Source: Candidatus Iainarchaeum sp. (GTDB lineage Archaea > Iainarchaeota > Iainarchaeia > Iainarchaeales > 0-14-0-20-30-16). Taken from it: a DNA stretch of 64,000 nucleotides. A program made the position numbers and the translations under genes. Positions 46,401 through 57,200 of this stretch are shown piece after piece. Below the pieces are notes generated by a model. The model ran no database searches. It was given only the letters and a program-made list of their open reading frames with translations, and was not told where the DNA came from. How positions within the stretch are numbered: position 1 is the stretch's first letter; the number at the start of each line of letters is the position of its first letter. Location: positions 8,865 to 72,864 of the forward strand of contig JAQTTP010000003.1 of assembly GCA_028710695.1 (NCBI GenBank), read 5' to 3'.

Positions 46401-49400
46401 AAAACTGATTATGATGGATTTGCATTATTTGATGTTCCTGCTTTAGGAGTTGGAACAAAGGTAATGTTACAAATAATGGCATCAGGATACAAGAAAGTTG
46501 AGCAAGAAATAATTGTTTCAGAAAATATTTTGATGACTGATGTTCCGGAATTGACAATAACTATTGATAGATCAATAGGGGATATTGTTGAAGGATCAGT
46601 AACAATGACTAATTTGACTCCTTTGAAATTGAAAATTGTGAAATTATATGTTGTTGAAGGGGCATTTAAAGAGTTCTTGAACTTTGATTTCAAGAAAAAA
46701 TACGATGGAATGTTTTTAGTAAACGACACAAACACAATGAATATTGAATACAAAGCAGAATTAACAAAAGGAAAGAATTTACTAGAGCCAAAAGAATTTG
46801 AAACAAAGATGATGATAGAATTAGAAGCAAGCGGCTTGGGATATAAATGGAATATGTCCTTGCCTGTAAAATTCTATATTAAATTGGCTGGTGGAATAGA
46901 TTCAACAGATTGTTTAAAATTGAAACCATTAACTGATACAGAAGACGAAATTTGGCAGATCTTACTGTCTGAAGAAAAAGAAAAAACATCAATGCAATTT
47001 GAAATAGAGAATAGCTGTAAAGCAAATTCACAAGATGTATACCTATACAATCCAACTATTGAATTAGTGTGGAAAGGAAAGGTACTTGGAGAATTCTACG
47101 CAGATAGTGTTAAATTAGGAAAGAAAGAAATTGCATTATCTAGTGAAACATCTGGAAATGTTTTAGCACCTGGTACAACAGAAATTGGATTTGACTTTTT
47201 ATCACTTGGAGATGTTGTTAGCGGTAAATCAGATGTAACTTTGAGAATAAAAGCACAGAACCCAACAAACAACGGATTACAAGAAGTAAAAGGCGAAGCT
47301 AAAGCACAAGTTGTAATTTCTATTTTGAAAAAATGTTTACAAGTAGTATCTGCTCAAGGAAGTGGAATGCAAGTTAACGGAGTTCCGGTTGTAATATTAA
47401 GTGCAAACAACTACGGAATGATGGGCTTCAGTGGAGCAGGATACGGAATGAGCTCAATGATGGGTTATAACTCATTAGGTGCAAGCTCTATGCTTGGTGG
47501 AAATAATGTATATAATACACCATACTTTACTCAGACTGGTGCAGGTTTAGCTAATAGGCCTGGCGCAGTTGCTCAGAATAATTGGGCAATGAATTCTGCG
47601 AATCCAAACATGGCTTACCAATACAACCAATATGATCCTTATAGTAGTGGAATGTATGGTGGTCAAGGTGGCTATGGAAATACAATGGGCGGATACGGTG
47701 GAAACATGGGCGGTTATGGTGCAGGAATGGGCTACCAAAACCAAATGTATGGCGGAGCTTCATTACCATCAATTGCAGCTTTGCAAATAAGAAATACTTG
47801 TGAGTTCCCAGTTCAGATTGAGTTGCAAGCTATGCCTCAATTATGGATTGAAAGCCCAAGTTTTAATTTAACATCAGGTCAAACTGGATCTTTTAAGATA
47901 AGTGCAACTTCAATGGTTGGACAGTACGCAGTATATGTTGCTGCTGGTGTTAACAACGGATTAATGTTGCAAATAAGCCAGATCCCAGTAATTGTAAGAG
48001 ATTTTATGAACGAGACAAGCAATGATTGTTTTGTAATTGAAGGTGGAAAGAAAATTGATTTCACTGGTTCAGGAATAACAAGTGGATCAATAAAACAAGT
48101 AAGAATGTGGAATAAGTGTTATGCTAGAGGCCTAACAATGGACAAAGCAGAACCAGTAACATATAACAATTTAGAGGCTATTGATCAAATAACTGGCCAA
48201 GGAAAAGGAACATTCTATGCAACTGCACAAGTTGTTGAATCTCCTGAGCCAACAACATATGAAGGAATAATGGCAGAAAAATTCTTGGTGTTGTTTACAA
48301 AGAATTTAGAAATAATGCAAGCAAGTCAAGAGCTTTCAAAAAGCGACGGAACCTTGAGTGGCGGTGTTAGTGCATTTAGTGATTTAAGAAAAGCGGGCGG
48401 CCAAACATATGAGCTTGTGAATATGCCTGCATTATTGACATTCAAATATAATTTATCATATGTTCCAAGATCATCCTCAATCTTAGTTTATATTTCAGAT
48501 AAGATGAATATCTTGGGTGCATTAGCAAAATTGTCTGGTGCATACTTGGAAGGAAATAAAGATTGTGGACCTAATGACTGGGATAATTATATACATGCAG
48601 TTCCAGAACAACTTAAAGTTGCGGAAGATGTAAAGAATAACATGTTCTCAAACAACGAATATACTTCTGAAGAAATTGTTGTAATGGAAGTAAGCAAAGA
48701 TTGTTTTGGATCTATGGATTCAATAAAATACTTTGGAAACTTAGAGTCTGATGAAGACACAGCAGATGGCGGAGCAAAGATACATGTTACAATAATACCT
48801 GACGATAAAGGTCAGAATATTGTTGTGAAATTTAGGAAGCCAACTGTATTAGCTAAAGGTGCACACCCAGTTAGTGTTAACTTCCAGGGGAAGGTAATAA
48901 AGACTGGAGCTAATAAAACAAAAACATACAACTTTACTTTGACTGCAACTCTTTATGGAGATGACAAGGCAGACAAGAGTAGCGGAACAATAACAACTGA
49001 TATGATTAAAGACAAAGAAAAAGAAGGTGCTGGCGGAGAAGGCGGAACAACAGTATCTGAGGCAGAGACAAAGTGTTATTCTCTGTACGGAAATGTTGGT
49101 TTGTACCTGAACAATAATGTTTACTCTGACATAAAGTATGAATGGGCACCAAGCAAGATTAACGACGGATTCTGTAAAGTAAAAGACGATCCTTACAAAG
49201 GTGAAGGATACTTCTGTGATCAATACCAATTTACTGCAGCTTTGAGTAAATCCTATAATGATATAAAAACGTTATTCGGAGATTCAAAGACAGTGAAAGA
49301 AATTATAACTAAAGCAGTAAATAGCAGCAAAACCGATAAAGGATTTGTAAAGTCAGGAACCTCTTTGCTAGAATATATTGGATACCTTGGCGGATATGAC

Positions 49401-51194
49401 TTAACTAACTTAAAGAGTTCAATGGAAGCATCTGCGAAAGGCGGAACAATATCTTTAGATAGCGCAAAGAAGGCAGTAGAAGGAATGACAAAATGTTATT
49501 TCACTGATGCTACTGGTGCTTGTATTAGTGGCAAAAAACAAGATGTAGATAGATTCTATGTAAGAGTGAGCGGCCAAGCAGTTTGTACTAAAGCAAAAAC
49601 TGGTGCGACATTAGGGTTGAATTATATGTCTGTTGATAGCGATGCAAGTTGTTATCTGAAGATGACAGATATTTTAAGCGCAGATTGGGGAACATCCTGG
49701 GCAGACGTTGCTAAGAGTATTTCAACTGGTCAGACAGTAATGCTATTCTATGCGGATGATCCTTGGACTCCTTTGGAGATAGAGAGATTCATAACTGCAT
49801 TAGGAGAGAACGGAACAGTTGGAAACTTGACAGCCGCAAATTTAAGAAAAGTGCTGTTTAAAGCAAACTTAATGAAAGGAAAGTATTCTGCAGAGTTTAA
49901 TAGCGGAGAATTTGAAACATCATATACTATAAAGGCAGAAGAAAGAGTAAAGTTGGCTACGAGCAAGAATGTAGACAAATCAGGAACATACTTTGTAGAA
50001 ATACAAAAAGATGAAAACAACTTTGTGTTTGTTCCAACTCTTGTTTCTGGAACTGAAAAGACAGAAATGATATACAATTTCCCAATAGAACTTCCAGTAA
50101 CAAAAGGCAGAACAATAACATTCAAAGGCAAGTTAATTGTTGACAAAACAGCAGCATCAAATATGGAAATTGATGGAACTGCGGGTGACTACACTGTAAG
50201 CACAAATAACAACCAATTATTGAATGGTGTTGTATTCAACTTGAGCGACAAAACAATTTACAATAACGACGGAATAAAATTCCTTGCTTTATCAACTGAT
50301 GACTTGAGCAAAGTTGGAGATGTGAAATTTAGTGTAAGCGGTGGATCTCAAACTGCTAAGTGGGTTCCAAAAGGAATGCTTGTAAGCTCTGATAACAAAA
50401 AATTAAGTAGCGAAGCATCTGGAGGAGCAACAACTGTGCTTTATGCGAGTGAAAATAAATCTTGGAAAGACTTATCTGAAGCTCAAAGAGGAAAGCTAAA
50501 GTACAGAACAAGTACTGGAGATAATTACAGTGGAAGCTTAGTAAGTACTCCAAGCCCAAGCTATGTTGATGCAAGTTACACTGGAATTGCAAACGCTTTC
50601 AGCGATGAGAGTAGAAGCAAGAGTAAGTACTGTGTTGTAGTTGATGACTCAAGCATAAAAGTTTGGGTAAACGATAACTGGGCAATGGGCAATAAAAGCC
50701 CATCTGATGCCGGTTATGTTGCAGTAAGTTCAGACGAATCTGCAGCAGCAGCAAATACTACTGCTAATACTGCAGGTAATTCTTCAGGAACTGGAGATCT
50801 AGAGAAAGCAAAAGCATTGCTTTCATCTAGTGGATTTGATACAAGCTTATTGCCTTTTGACAAAGTAGCAACAATATCGGTTTCTGGAAATCAAATAAAT
50901 GCAACATTATTAGAAACTGTTTGTGCAAAAGTTGACGGTTTGGGAACTTTGGTTGCAGGAAAAACTGATGGACACGCAATTTGTGCAGTTGTAACTTCTG
51001 GAGTAGTTGATAAATGTCCAGGTCAACAATTTATATATGGTATTACTGGATTAAAGCAAATAGGGGTAGTACCAGTAGAAGCAAATTTGAAAAAAATAAC
51101 AATAAATGGAGATAAATTTGATTTGGAAACAGATGTAATGAATACAAGCGTGGAGAAATCAAAAATGCAAAAAGTTGCATATATACCTTGTTAA
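43482..51194 (+). CDS. Giant N-terminally anchored surface protein, paralog 1 (2570 aa)
   Basis: Uninterrupted 7.7-kb ORF. Starts MGLKDFYFGLEEKYY followed by one TM helix, then repeated carboxypeptidase-regulatory-like/Ig-like modules and a Gly/Tyr/Met-rich low-complexity segment. Confidence 0.85.
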   Translation: MGLKDFYFGLEEKYYNFLDWLDSKGIPLYKVDDWLHNKGIAGFPVFMIFCLIILALIVWGILALTIGFGPDQATVYLTFKDTTRNMLVEGLEVKVLLDSETTFTTDKSGKLSFVANVGSVIPLAISDPNYKLLEETVSIEENGQSSIIELEYKGGLLSKTIFFYDGKDETGQTLFSGNVDAIVTCTDNSSYMSEVSTSEGKATLSDISIDCGELVVTLSSPAYASETFSLDEATPSMTVEEEDGGFGNISITVLDADGSPKANASVQAMNSEYNLKAAQGITQASGVVALEVPSDATYYLVVSDLEGIYATEYTNSPIFSENSFSQSVGKNETISAIIKLNKKTVGSIKLTIKDTLGNLVPQAVIKVYKNGSNIEEVTGQLSEPGTFQFYAGENVPYRFVIDAENFMLEEVDNLSASESAYTVTLKPIKQSPELVVLVNGTDNEPVYNASVQLFTVDKQALLLTKTTDVAGGVSFNNLSAGKSYYVKVVKGNFSADSSPITLSGKVNNILTVKLNIGNGDLTIKAVNKDNLPVQGAEVTIYDIATDAKLNQAPLFTDETGSVYYTLRADRVVYVKIVKDSSVFYSLPIQADVDAAKEVMGYVYDKPANLGMDLISIYDLQGSKIESSPKPIVQGTDYIGYFLLRVPEGLAYDELGIFFKADDALILEKSQMYIKSLEFFNASVKMGTTYSPPTGFADDMQNLTSKEGLWAMASTTKVLPGNYLVKVVFNTTSAEKSLLSLNYRSWLKNGSTYTREPFDSELGTSSGGDKDGLYAKLNQTLFKMGNAVCSGTICSEVVVSGEGAKQKVVDNVFAKLNGIYNIDIIMKSISVKEYNNVTLNIESVNKGIDFKVKSFTIGGKSVSPQNKGTSVSTGGVTINSSFNASTTLEFMAMKEGQNIVKISLVGADGTVIYERTLTVDVQPSQELLLDIVPSTIVPYVQNSLSVKAVSVDVNEPIVGALANLFIEGKLISSVKTDYDGFALFDVPALGVGTKVMLQIMASGYKKVEQEIIVSENILMTDVPELTITIDRSIGDIVEGSVTMTNLTPLKLKIVKLYVVEGAFKEFLNFDFKKKYDGMFLVNDTNTMNIEYKAELTKGKNLLEPKEFETKMMIELEASGLGYKWNMSLPVKFYIKLAGGIDSTDCLKLKPLTDTEDEIWQILLSEEKEKTSMQFEIENSCKANSQDVYLYNPTIELVWKGKVLGEFYADSVKLGKKEIALSSETSGNVLAPGTTEIGFDFLSLGDVVSGKSDVTLRIKAQNPTNNGLQEVKGEAKAQVVISILKKCLQVVSAQGSGMQVNGVPVVILSANNYGMMGFSGAGYGMSSMMGYNSLGASSMLGGNNVYNTPYFTQTGAGLANRPGAVAQNNWAMNSANPNMAYQYNQYDPYSSGMYGGQGGYGNTMGGYGGNMGGYGAGMGYQNQMYGGASLPSIAALQIRNTCEFPVQIELQAMPQLWIESPSFNLTSGQTGSFKISATSMVGQYAVYVAAGVNNGLMLQISQIPVIVRDFMNETSNDCFVIEGGKKIDFTGSGITSGSIKQVRMWNKCYARGLTMDKAEPVTYNNLEAIDQITGQGKGTFYATAQVVESPEPTTYEGIMAEKFLVLFTKNLEIMQASQELSKSDGTLSGGVSAFSDLRKAGGQTYELVNMPALLTFKYNLSYVPRSSSILVYISDKMNILGALAKLSGAYLEGNKDCGPNDWDNYIHAVPEQLKVAEDVKNNMFSNNEYTSEEIVVMEVSKDCFGSMDSIKYFGNLESDEDTADGGAKIHVTIIPDDKGQNIVVKFRKPTVLAKGAHPVSVNFQGKVIKTGANKTKTYNFTLTATLYGDDKADKSSGTITTDMIKDKEKEGAGGEGGTTVSEAETKCYSLYGNVGLYLNNNVYSDIKYEWAPSKINDGFCKVKDDPYKGEGYFCDQYQFTAALSKSYNDIKTLFGDSKTVKEIITKAVNSSKTDKGFVKSGTSLLEYIGYLGGYDLTNLKSSMEASAKGGTISLDSAKKAVEGMTKCYFTDATGACISGKKQDVDRFYVRVSGQAVCTKAKTGATLGLNYMSVDSDASCYLKMTDILSADWGTSWADVAKSISTGQTVMLFYADDPWTPLEIERFITALGENGTVGNLTAANLRKVLFKANLMKGKYSAEFNSGEFETSYTIKAEERVKLATSKNVDKSGTYFVEIQKDENNFVFVPTLVSGTEKTEMIYNFPIELPVTKGRTITFKGKLIVDKTAASNMEIDGTAGDYTVSTNNNQLLNGVVFNLSDKTIYNNDGIKFLALSTDDLSKVGDVKFSVSGGSQTAKWVPKGMLVSSDNKKLSSEASGGATTVLYASENKSWKDLSEAQRGKLKYRTSTGDNYSGSLVSTPSPSYVDASYTGIANAFSDESRSKSKYCVVVDDSSIKVWVNDNWAMGNKSPSDAGYVAVSSDESAAAANTTANTAGNSSGTGDLEKAKALLSSSGFDTSLLPFDKVATISVSGNQINATLLETVCAKVDGLGTLVAGKTDGHAICAVVTSGVVDKCPGQQFIYGITGLKQIGVVPVEANLKKITINGDKFDLETDVMNTSVEKSKMQKVAYIPC

Positions 51195-51215
51195 AGGTAG
51201 TCGATATTTTTAGGT

Positions 51216-51242
51216 AAAGAACCATTTTTTGGTTCTTTTTTT
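51216..51242 (+). terminator. Hairpin plus T-run after giant gene 1
   Basis: AAAGAACCA-TTTTT-TGGTTCTTT (9-bp stem) running into a T-tract. Confidence 0.6.
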
Positions 51243-51293
51243 AGTTATTATATTTATCTAATAATAATAGTATGAGGCATAAGAGGGAGATTT

Positions 51294-54200
51294 ATGGGTC
51301 TGAGAGAATTTTACTATAAAATGGAAGAAAAATATTACGCGTTTTTGGACAGCTTAGACAAAAAAGGAATACCTGTGTATTCTGTTGTTGATCCAATTGA
51401 TAAAGTTGTTCCATCCTTTGTTTTGTTTTTAGTTCTTTTTGGAATAATTATAATCGCAATAATTTATGCTTTAATTGTTGCATTTGGATTGCCAATGACA
51501 AACCAAGTTACAGTAACATTTTCTGATAAGATGGGCACCCCAATCCCTAATGCTTTAGTAAGCTTTTCTTTGGCAGACTCAAATGAAGAAATGACAACTG
51601 ATGCTTTTGGAACTATTAAGTTCGAAGCAGAACCAGGAAAAGAAATAATGTTCTCTCTAAAATACAATGATAAGACCTATGTGAAATCAGTAAAAATTGA
51701 AGACGATGTATTACAATACAAAGTAAGTATTGACCAATTGAATTTAAGCAAACAAAAATTATCTTTCTCTCTTTATACAACAGATAATACTCCTTTACAA
51801 GCAGTAGATATCTACTTTTCATGTTCTAATTCAAGTGCAGAAGCACCAGACAATATGATGGGCTATAGCACAAATGATGTTGACGTTGACGTAGATGGAG
51901 ATTGTGGGTACCTAATGGTAAGCACAGCATCAGAATTCTATAAGCCAACAGATGATACTCAGATAGACAACGGTGAAGCAATATATTTAGATCCTGTACA
52001 ATCATCAGGAGACTCTGCAATTGTTGTAAATGTAACTGACACAACAGGTGCAATAGTTACTGATTTTGAAGCAACACTATCTATTGGAATTTATGATGGT
52101 TATTATTCTTCAGGATATAGTAATGAAACAAGCCAAGTTCAATTCGCAAATCTTGCTGCAGGATTATATAAAATAACTGTAAGCAAATCTGGATACACAA
52201 ATGCAGTTGGCTCTGTAACTCTTGAAGAAACAGATGTTAAAACATTGAACTTGCAGATGACAAAGCTAGAAGGCGGAACTCAGGTAAGCATAAAGGTAAT
52301 GAACTTAGCATCAAAAGCTTTGCAAGGTGCAGAAGTTTGTTTTTATGATATTAATGGTGAAAGTTATACAAAAATTGGTTGTGCAACTACAAACGAAAGT
52401 GGGTTGGCAACTTATACTTTAGAAAAAGATAAATCACACAAATTTACAGTAACAAAAGAAGGATACTCATCAATAGTTTATACTGATCTTGCTGCAAATT
52501 CAGACACAATTGAAGTGAAATTGTCATCAGTAGATCCAAGCAAGTATAGATTGATGAAAGTAAAAGTAATTGACTCAGAAGGAAAGCCTGTTGAGAATGC
52601 AAAAGTAAATGTTTATGATGACAAAGGAAATATAGCGCCTTATGAGCCTGGAACAACAGACTTAAATGGAATGGCTTATCTGTCTTTTATTGAAGATGGA
52701 AAATACAAATTATTTGCATACAAGTTGAATTATTCTGGATTCTCAGATTTAGCAGACTTTGATAATCAAGATAATTTAGCAACAATTGATTACACAGTTT
52801 CAATGTATATTCCAAAAGGAATAATTGCAGTTTCAGTAGTTGACTCTTATGGAAGCAATGTTCCGAATGCAGTTGTAAAATTCTTTGATGCTTCTTGGAA
52901 TGAAATTACTGCTTTGGGTGGAAAACACACAGATGGTTATGGCCAATTGGGTGTTGAATATAGGGCAGACAAAAAATTATTTTTTGTAGTTCAAAAAGAA
53001 AGTTATGAAAATTATATTTCAAAATCAGAATATATAATTCCAGACACAACAACTGAAAAGAAAGTTGTAATGGAAAAGAAAAAATTAAAGCCTGAACCAA
53101 AAGTAGAATTTGTAAATTTAACAACAGAAGATGGAACTGATGTTTCTATTTTGGGTGCGGGAAATAAATATATTGCTAAATTTAAAATCACTTTGCCAGA
53201 AAAAGAGCAACCATTTGAAACAATGAGCGCATACTTTGTATCTGGAGATAAAGATATAGTTGAAAAAGATGGTTGGCATATAGAAAAAGTTGTGTATAGT
53301 GGATTAGGTACTTTGAGTAAAGGAAGAAGCTATACAGGAAATTATGATAATGATATAAAAGGGATAAACCAAGTTGGAAATGAAATTGAACAAGGAATGC
53401 CATTTGAAGATTCATTTAAATGGATTGGAATAAATTGGGATCTAGAAAAAATGGATTTAATTTCAGGAATATTCTTTGTTGATGTTTACTTGAAAGTAAA
53501 AGATACAACAAAGATTGGTGAAAACCTTCCAATAAACTTTAAGTTGTCAACAGAAAATAAAGATGAAAAATTCACAGATCCTTTGAACGAAGTTCCAGAA
53601 TTCCCAGACGCAAGCAAAACAAAACTGTATAACGAAAGTAAGAATAAATTCTTTACAGTTGGAACTGCTCAACAGACTTGTGACGAATTATTTTGTTTTG
53701 AAATAAACGTTGAAGACAATGACGAAGCAATAATCCAAGATATGGTTCCTGATACTCCCTATGTTTCAGAGTTAGGAAAGAACTATACTTTGAGATTTAA
53801 ATTAATAAATAACAACATAAAACCAGTAACAAATTATAGGGTAATAATAAAGAACGAGCAAGAAAATACTTTCTTTACAACTTCAAATATAAAAGGAGTT
53901 TCAGGAAATATAAGTCCTGTTTTGAACTCAGAAGTTGCAAAGCAAGAAAACAATTACCAGATTGTTTATAACGAAGATGTATATCAAGAATTGCAAAAGA
54001 ATGATCTTGTAATTGGAGAGATAAATTTCGAGCCAAGAAAGATTGGAAGCGGAAGTTTGAAGTTTATTGTAATACAAGATAAACAAGAATATTATTCAAA
54101 AGAATTCTTGATAAATGTAAATGCTTACAAAGAAATGACTGTAACTTTGGCTCCAGAAGTATTGCCGTCTTATATCCCTTTGAAAGTTGATTTATTAGCA

Positions 54201-57200
54201 AAGGATAAAGAAACAGGCGAATTAGTAACTGGTGCAAAAATATATGTGAAAGATAATTCAGGATTGGTTCTATTTATGGGGGCTACTGACGCAGAAGGAA
54301 AAGCAGTAATTGATTTGCCATCTCAAAAACCAAATGTTTTATTGAAATTATTAGTGTACAAGCCAAAGTATAAATCATTTGAATTTGAATACAAAACAAG
54401 TTCAGAATTTATAACTTTGAGCAAAGAAAAAATTGATATGAAAATAGATGCGAAATTAGGATTTGCAAAAGAGAGTTTGTTCTTGACAAACACAAGTGAA
54501 GTTCCTGTAAAGATTGAAGATATCTTCTTGCAAGGAAATTTTGCAGAAAAATTGTCATTAGCTCAAATAAATAAATACTTTGAAGTATCACATAAAGGAA
54601 AAATGGTTGATAAATCTTTGAAGTATGATTTAGCAATAAACCTTGCTTTGACAGAGTTAGGTCAGAACATAACTACAAATGAAGAGTATGATTCAATATT
54701 AGTAATTAAATTAAGTGCAATGGGCGGAAAATGGGAAATGAAAGTTCCAATGCACTTGCTTCTATCTGTTGGTGGAAGTGTTGATGACAGAACTTGTTTG
54801 GCTGCAGATTTAATTAATATGAAATTAGTTTCAACTGAAAATAAACAAGACAAGCAAACACTAACAATAACAAATGGCTGTACAATAAACGGAAAGCCAG
54901 TTTCATTGAATAATTTAGAAGCAAAATTAGAATGGAAAACAAATGCTTTGGGATCAATACAAATGACCAAAGAAGAATATTCAAATAATGTAATGCAAGC
55001 TTACTTTACAAGTTTGATTAACAAGTTGACTCCTAGTAGCGAGAATACTTTTGTAGTGAATATAGAACCAAAATCAAAAGTTTCTGGAAAAGGAGAAGCA
55101 ATATTACATTTAAGAGCTTTGAACAATACTGAAAGTGGAGTTGAATATATAATATTAGATATTCCATTGGAAGTTGATGTTGTGAATTATGGTGAATGTA
55201 TCCAGTTTGAGTTGCCAAATGCAGAAACAGATGTTGTTGCAACTTTAAGAGATGCAGACACAAGCTTTAAGGTAACAAACACATGTGCTGAAAAAATAGA
55301 AGTAACATTTAGCTTGAAGCCAGAGGATACTGTGCAGATAAGCCCAGACAAGATTTGGGTTAAAGCTAATGAAACAAAAGAAATTAAAGTAAAGCCGACA
55401 AATTCAGCAATTGGTGTTTATACTGTTGATGTATTTGGAAGAACTGAAGGCCACACAAATGAAGGAATAAGAGTAGGAATAAATGCTTTGAGGGTTCTAT
55501 TGCAACCTTTGACAACAGATTGTTTCTACTTAGAGAACTATGAGTTTGATATGGCAAGGAATCCAGAAGAAACAAAGTGGACAACTTTAGTAAATAAATG
55601 TGTAAACAAGCAAGCAGTTGTTCAATATGATTTGAAAATAGAAGTAGATGTTGATGGCTGGGATTATGTTTTAGGTATATTAGGTGGTGCAGCCGGTGGA
55701 GCAGTAGGTAATAAACTTGGCGGCATGATCGGTGAGCTTGGTGGTGGATTACTTGGCGGTTTAGGCGCAGGTAACTTCGGAATGGTAATGCTTGAAACTA
55801 AAGATGATTGTGAATTGGAATGTCTCTATAACTATTCTGGTGAAGAATATACTACCTGTGTGAATGTTTGTGCAAGTATGGGTCTTCCTGAAACAGAAGC
55901 CCCAAGTGGTACAACAGGTACTGGAAGTGGTGCTGGTGCAAGTGGAATTGGTGGAGATGTAAGTGGTACTCCTCCTGCAAATGGTACGGGTACAGGAACA
56001 GGTACTGGAGATAAACCGGCGGCAGATAAAAAGAAGTTTGACAAAGGAAGTTTTAAAGAGGCAATTACTGGTGGACTTGGTTCTGCAGCAGGATCTGCTG
56101 GAGTAAGTTACCTAATTGGAAGTCTAACTGGATTAGATCCTGAGACAAAGAAAGATACTACTAAATGGTCTGCGATTTTAGGTGGTGTTGGTGGTCTTGC
56201 GGGCAGCTGGATTGGAGGCCCAATGGGTATGGTTCTGGGTGGTTTAGGTGGTGCAGTAGGTAACATTATTGGATTAGCATCTAATGATGGAGACACTATA
56301 GAAACAATAACAAGAACAATCCCAACAATGGTTGAAGATTATATGACTATGAACGATGTTCTCCTGACTGAGGCGGCACAAAAGAGCATGCTGGGTGGAA
56401 ATATGGCTGCTTTAAAAGCAAAATCAATTGCAGATAAAGCAGGAACTGTGGCAGCAGAAATAATTAATGCTACGTCAGCTCTCTCTGGAAACGTAGTTTT
56501 TGAATCAGGTGGAACAATAGAAATAGAACTATCTAAAAAAATTGAAAGAACATTTAATAATCAAAATAAACTTGTAAAAGGAATTGGAGAGCAAGCAATT
56601 GAAATGTATCCAGTTGGATTTACAAAATCAAAAACAGGAATGGACAATAAAGTTGAAAGCTTGACTTTGTTATTGAATTATAATAGAAAGAATCTGAAGA
56701 GCTTAGTTGCAAGTCAGGATTATAGTACATCCGGATGGACAACACAGCCTAACCAGTATATGTCACAGATGGGCGGGTATGGTCAGTCAGGCCAATATGG
56801 AATGCAGAATGGCGGATACAATGGCTATGGTTATGGTTCAAGTATGGGCTATGGCGGTTATGGAACTGGAATGGGTTATAGCGGAATGGACTCATACGGA
56901 ATGCCATCTGCGTTTAGTACTATAGGACTACAAGCGGACTCAGATACAATATCCTATGAGGATGCTCAAGAAGACCAGAAAGTAGAAGAAATGGATAGAG
57001 AAAAAGTTGAAACATCTCTAGAGCCAGGAAATGTTGAAATAATAAATGAATATTCTCCGATAAGCATGTTATTTACTGATGTTGCTGATCAGCAAAAGAA
57101 ATATAACTTGCCAATAGAGAATTGTTTCTTGGCAAATGGCAAATCTGGAGCAACAGGTCCAGAAGCAAAACCAAAAGTTGCATTTACTTGGAGATGGAAT

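Noticed and set aside
47547-47772. ORFs generated in other frames or strands of the Gly-rich segments: 47547-47744, 47551-47772, 55832-56044, 56108-56296 and 56707-56925.
   Set aside because: They are by-products of GGN/ATG/TAT-biased low-complexity coding sequence inside the giant genes.
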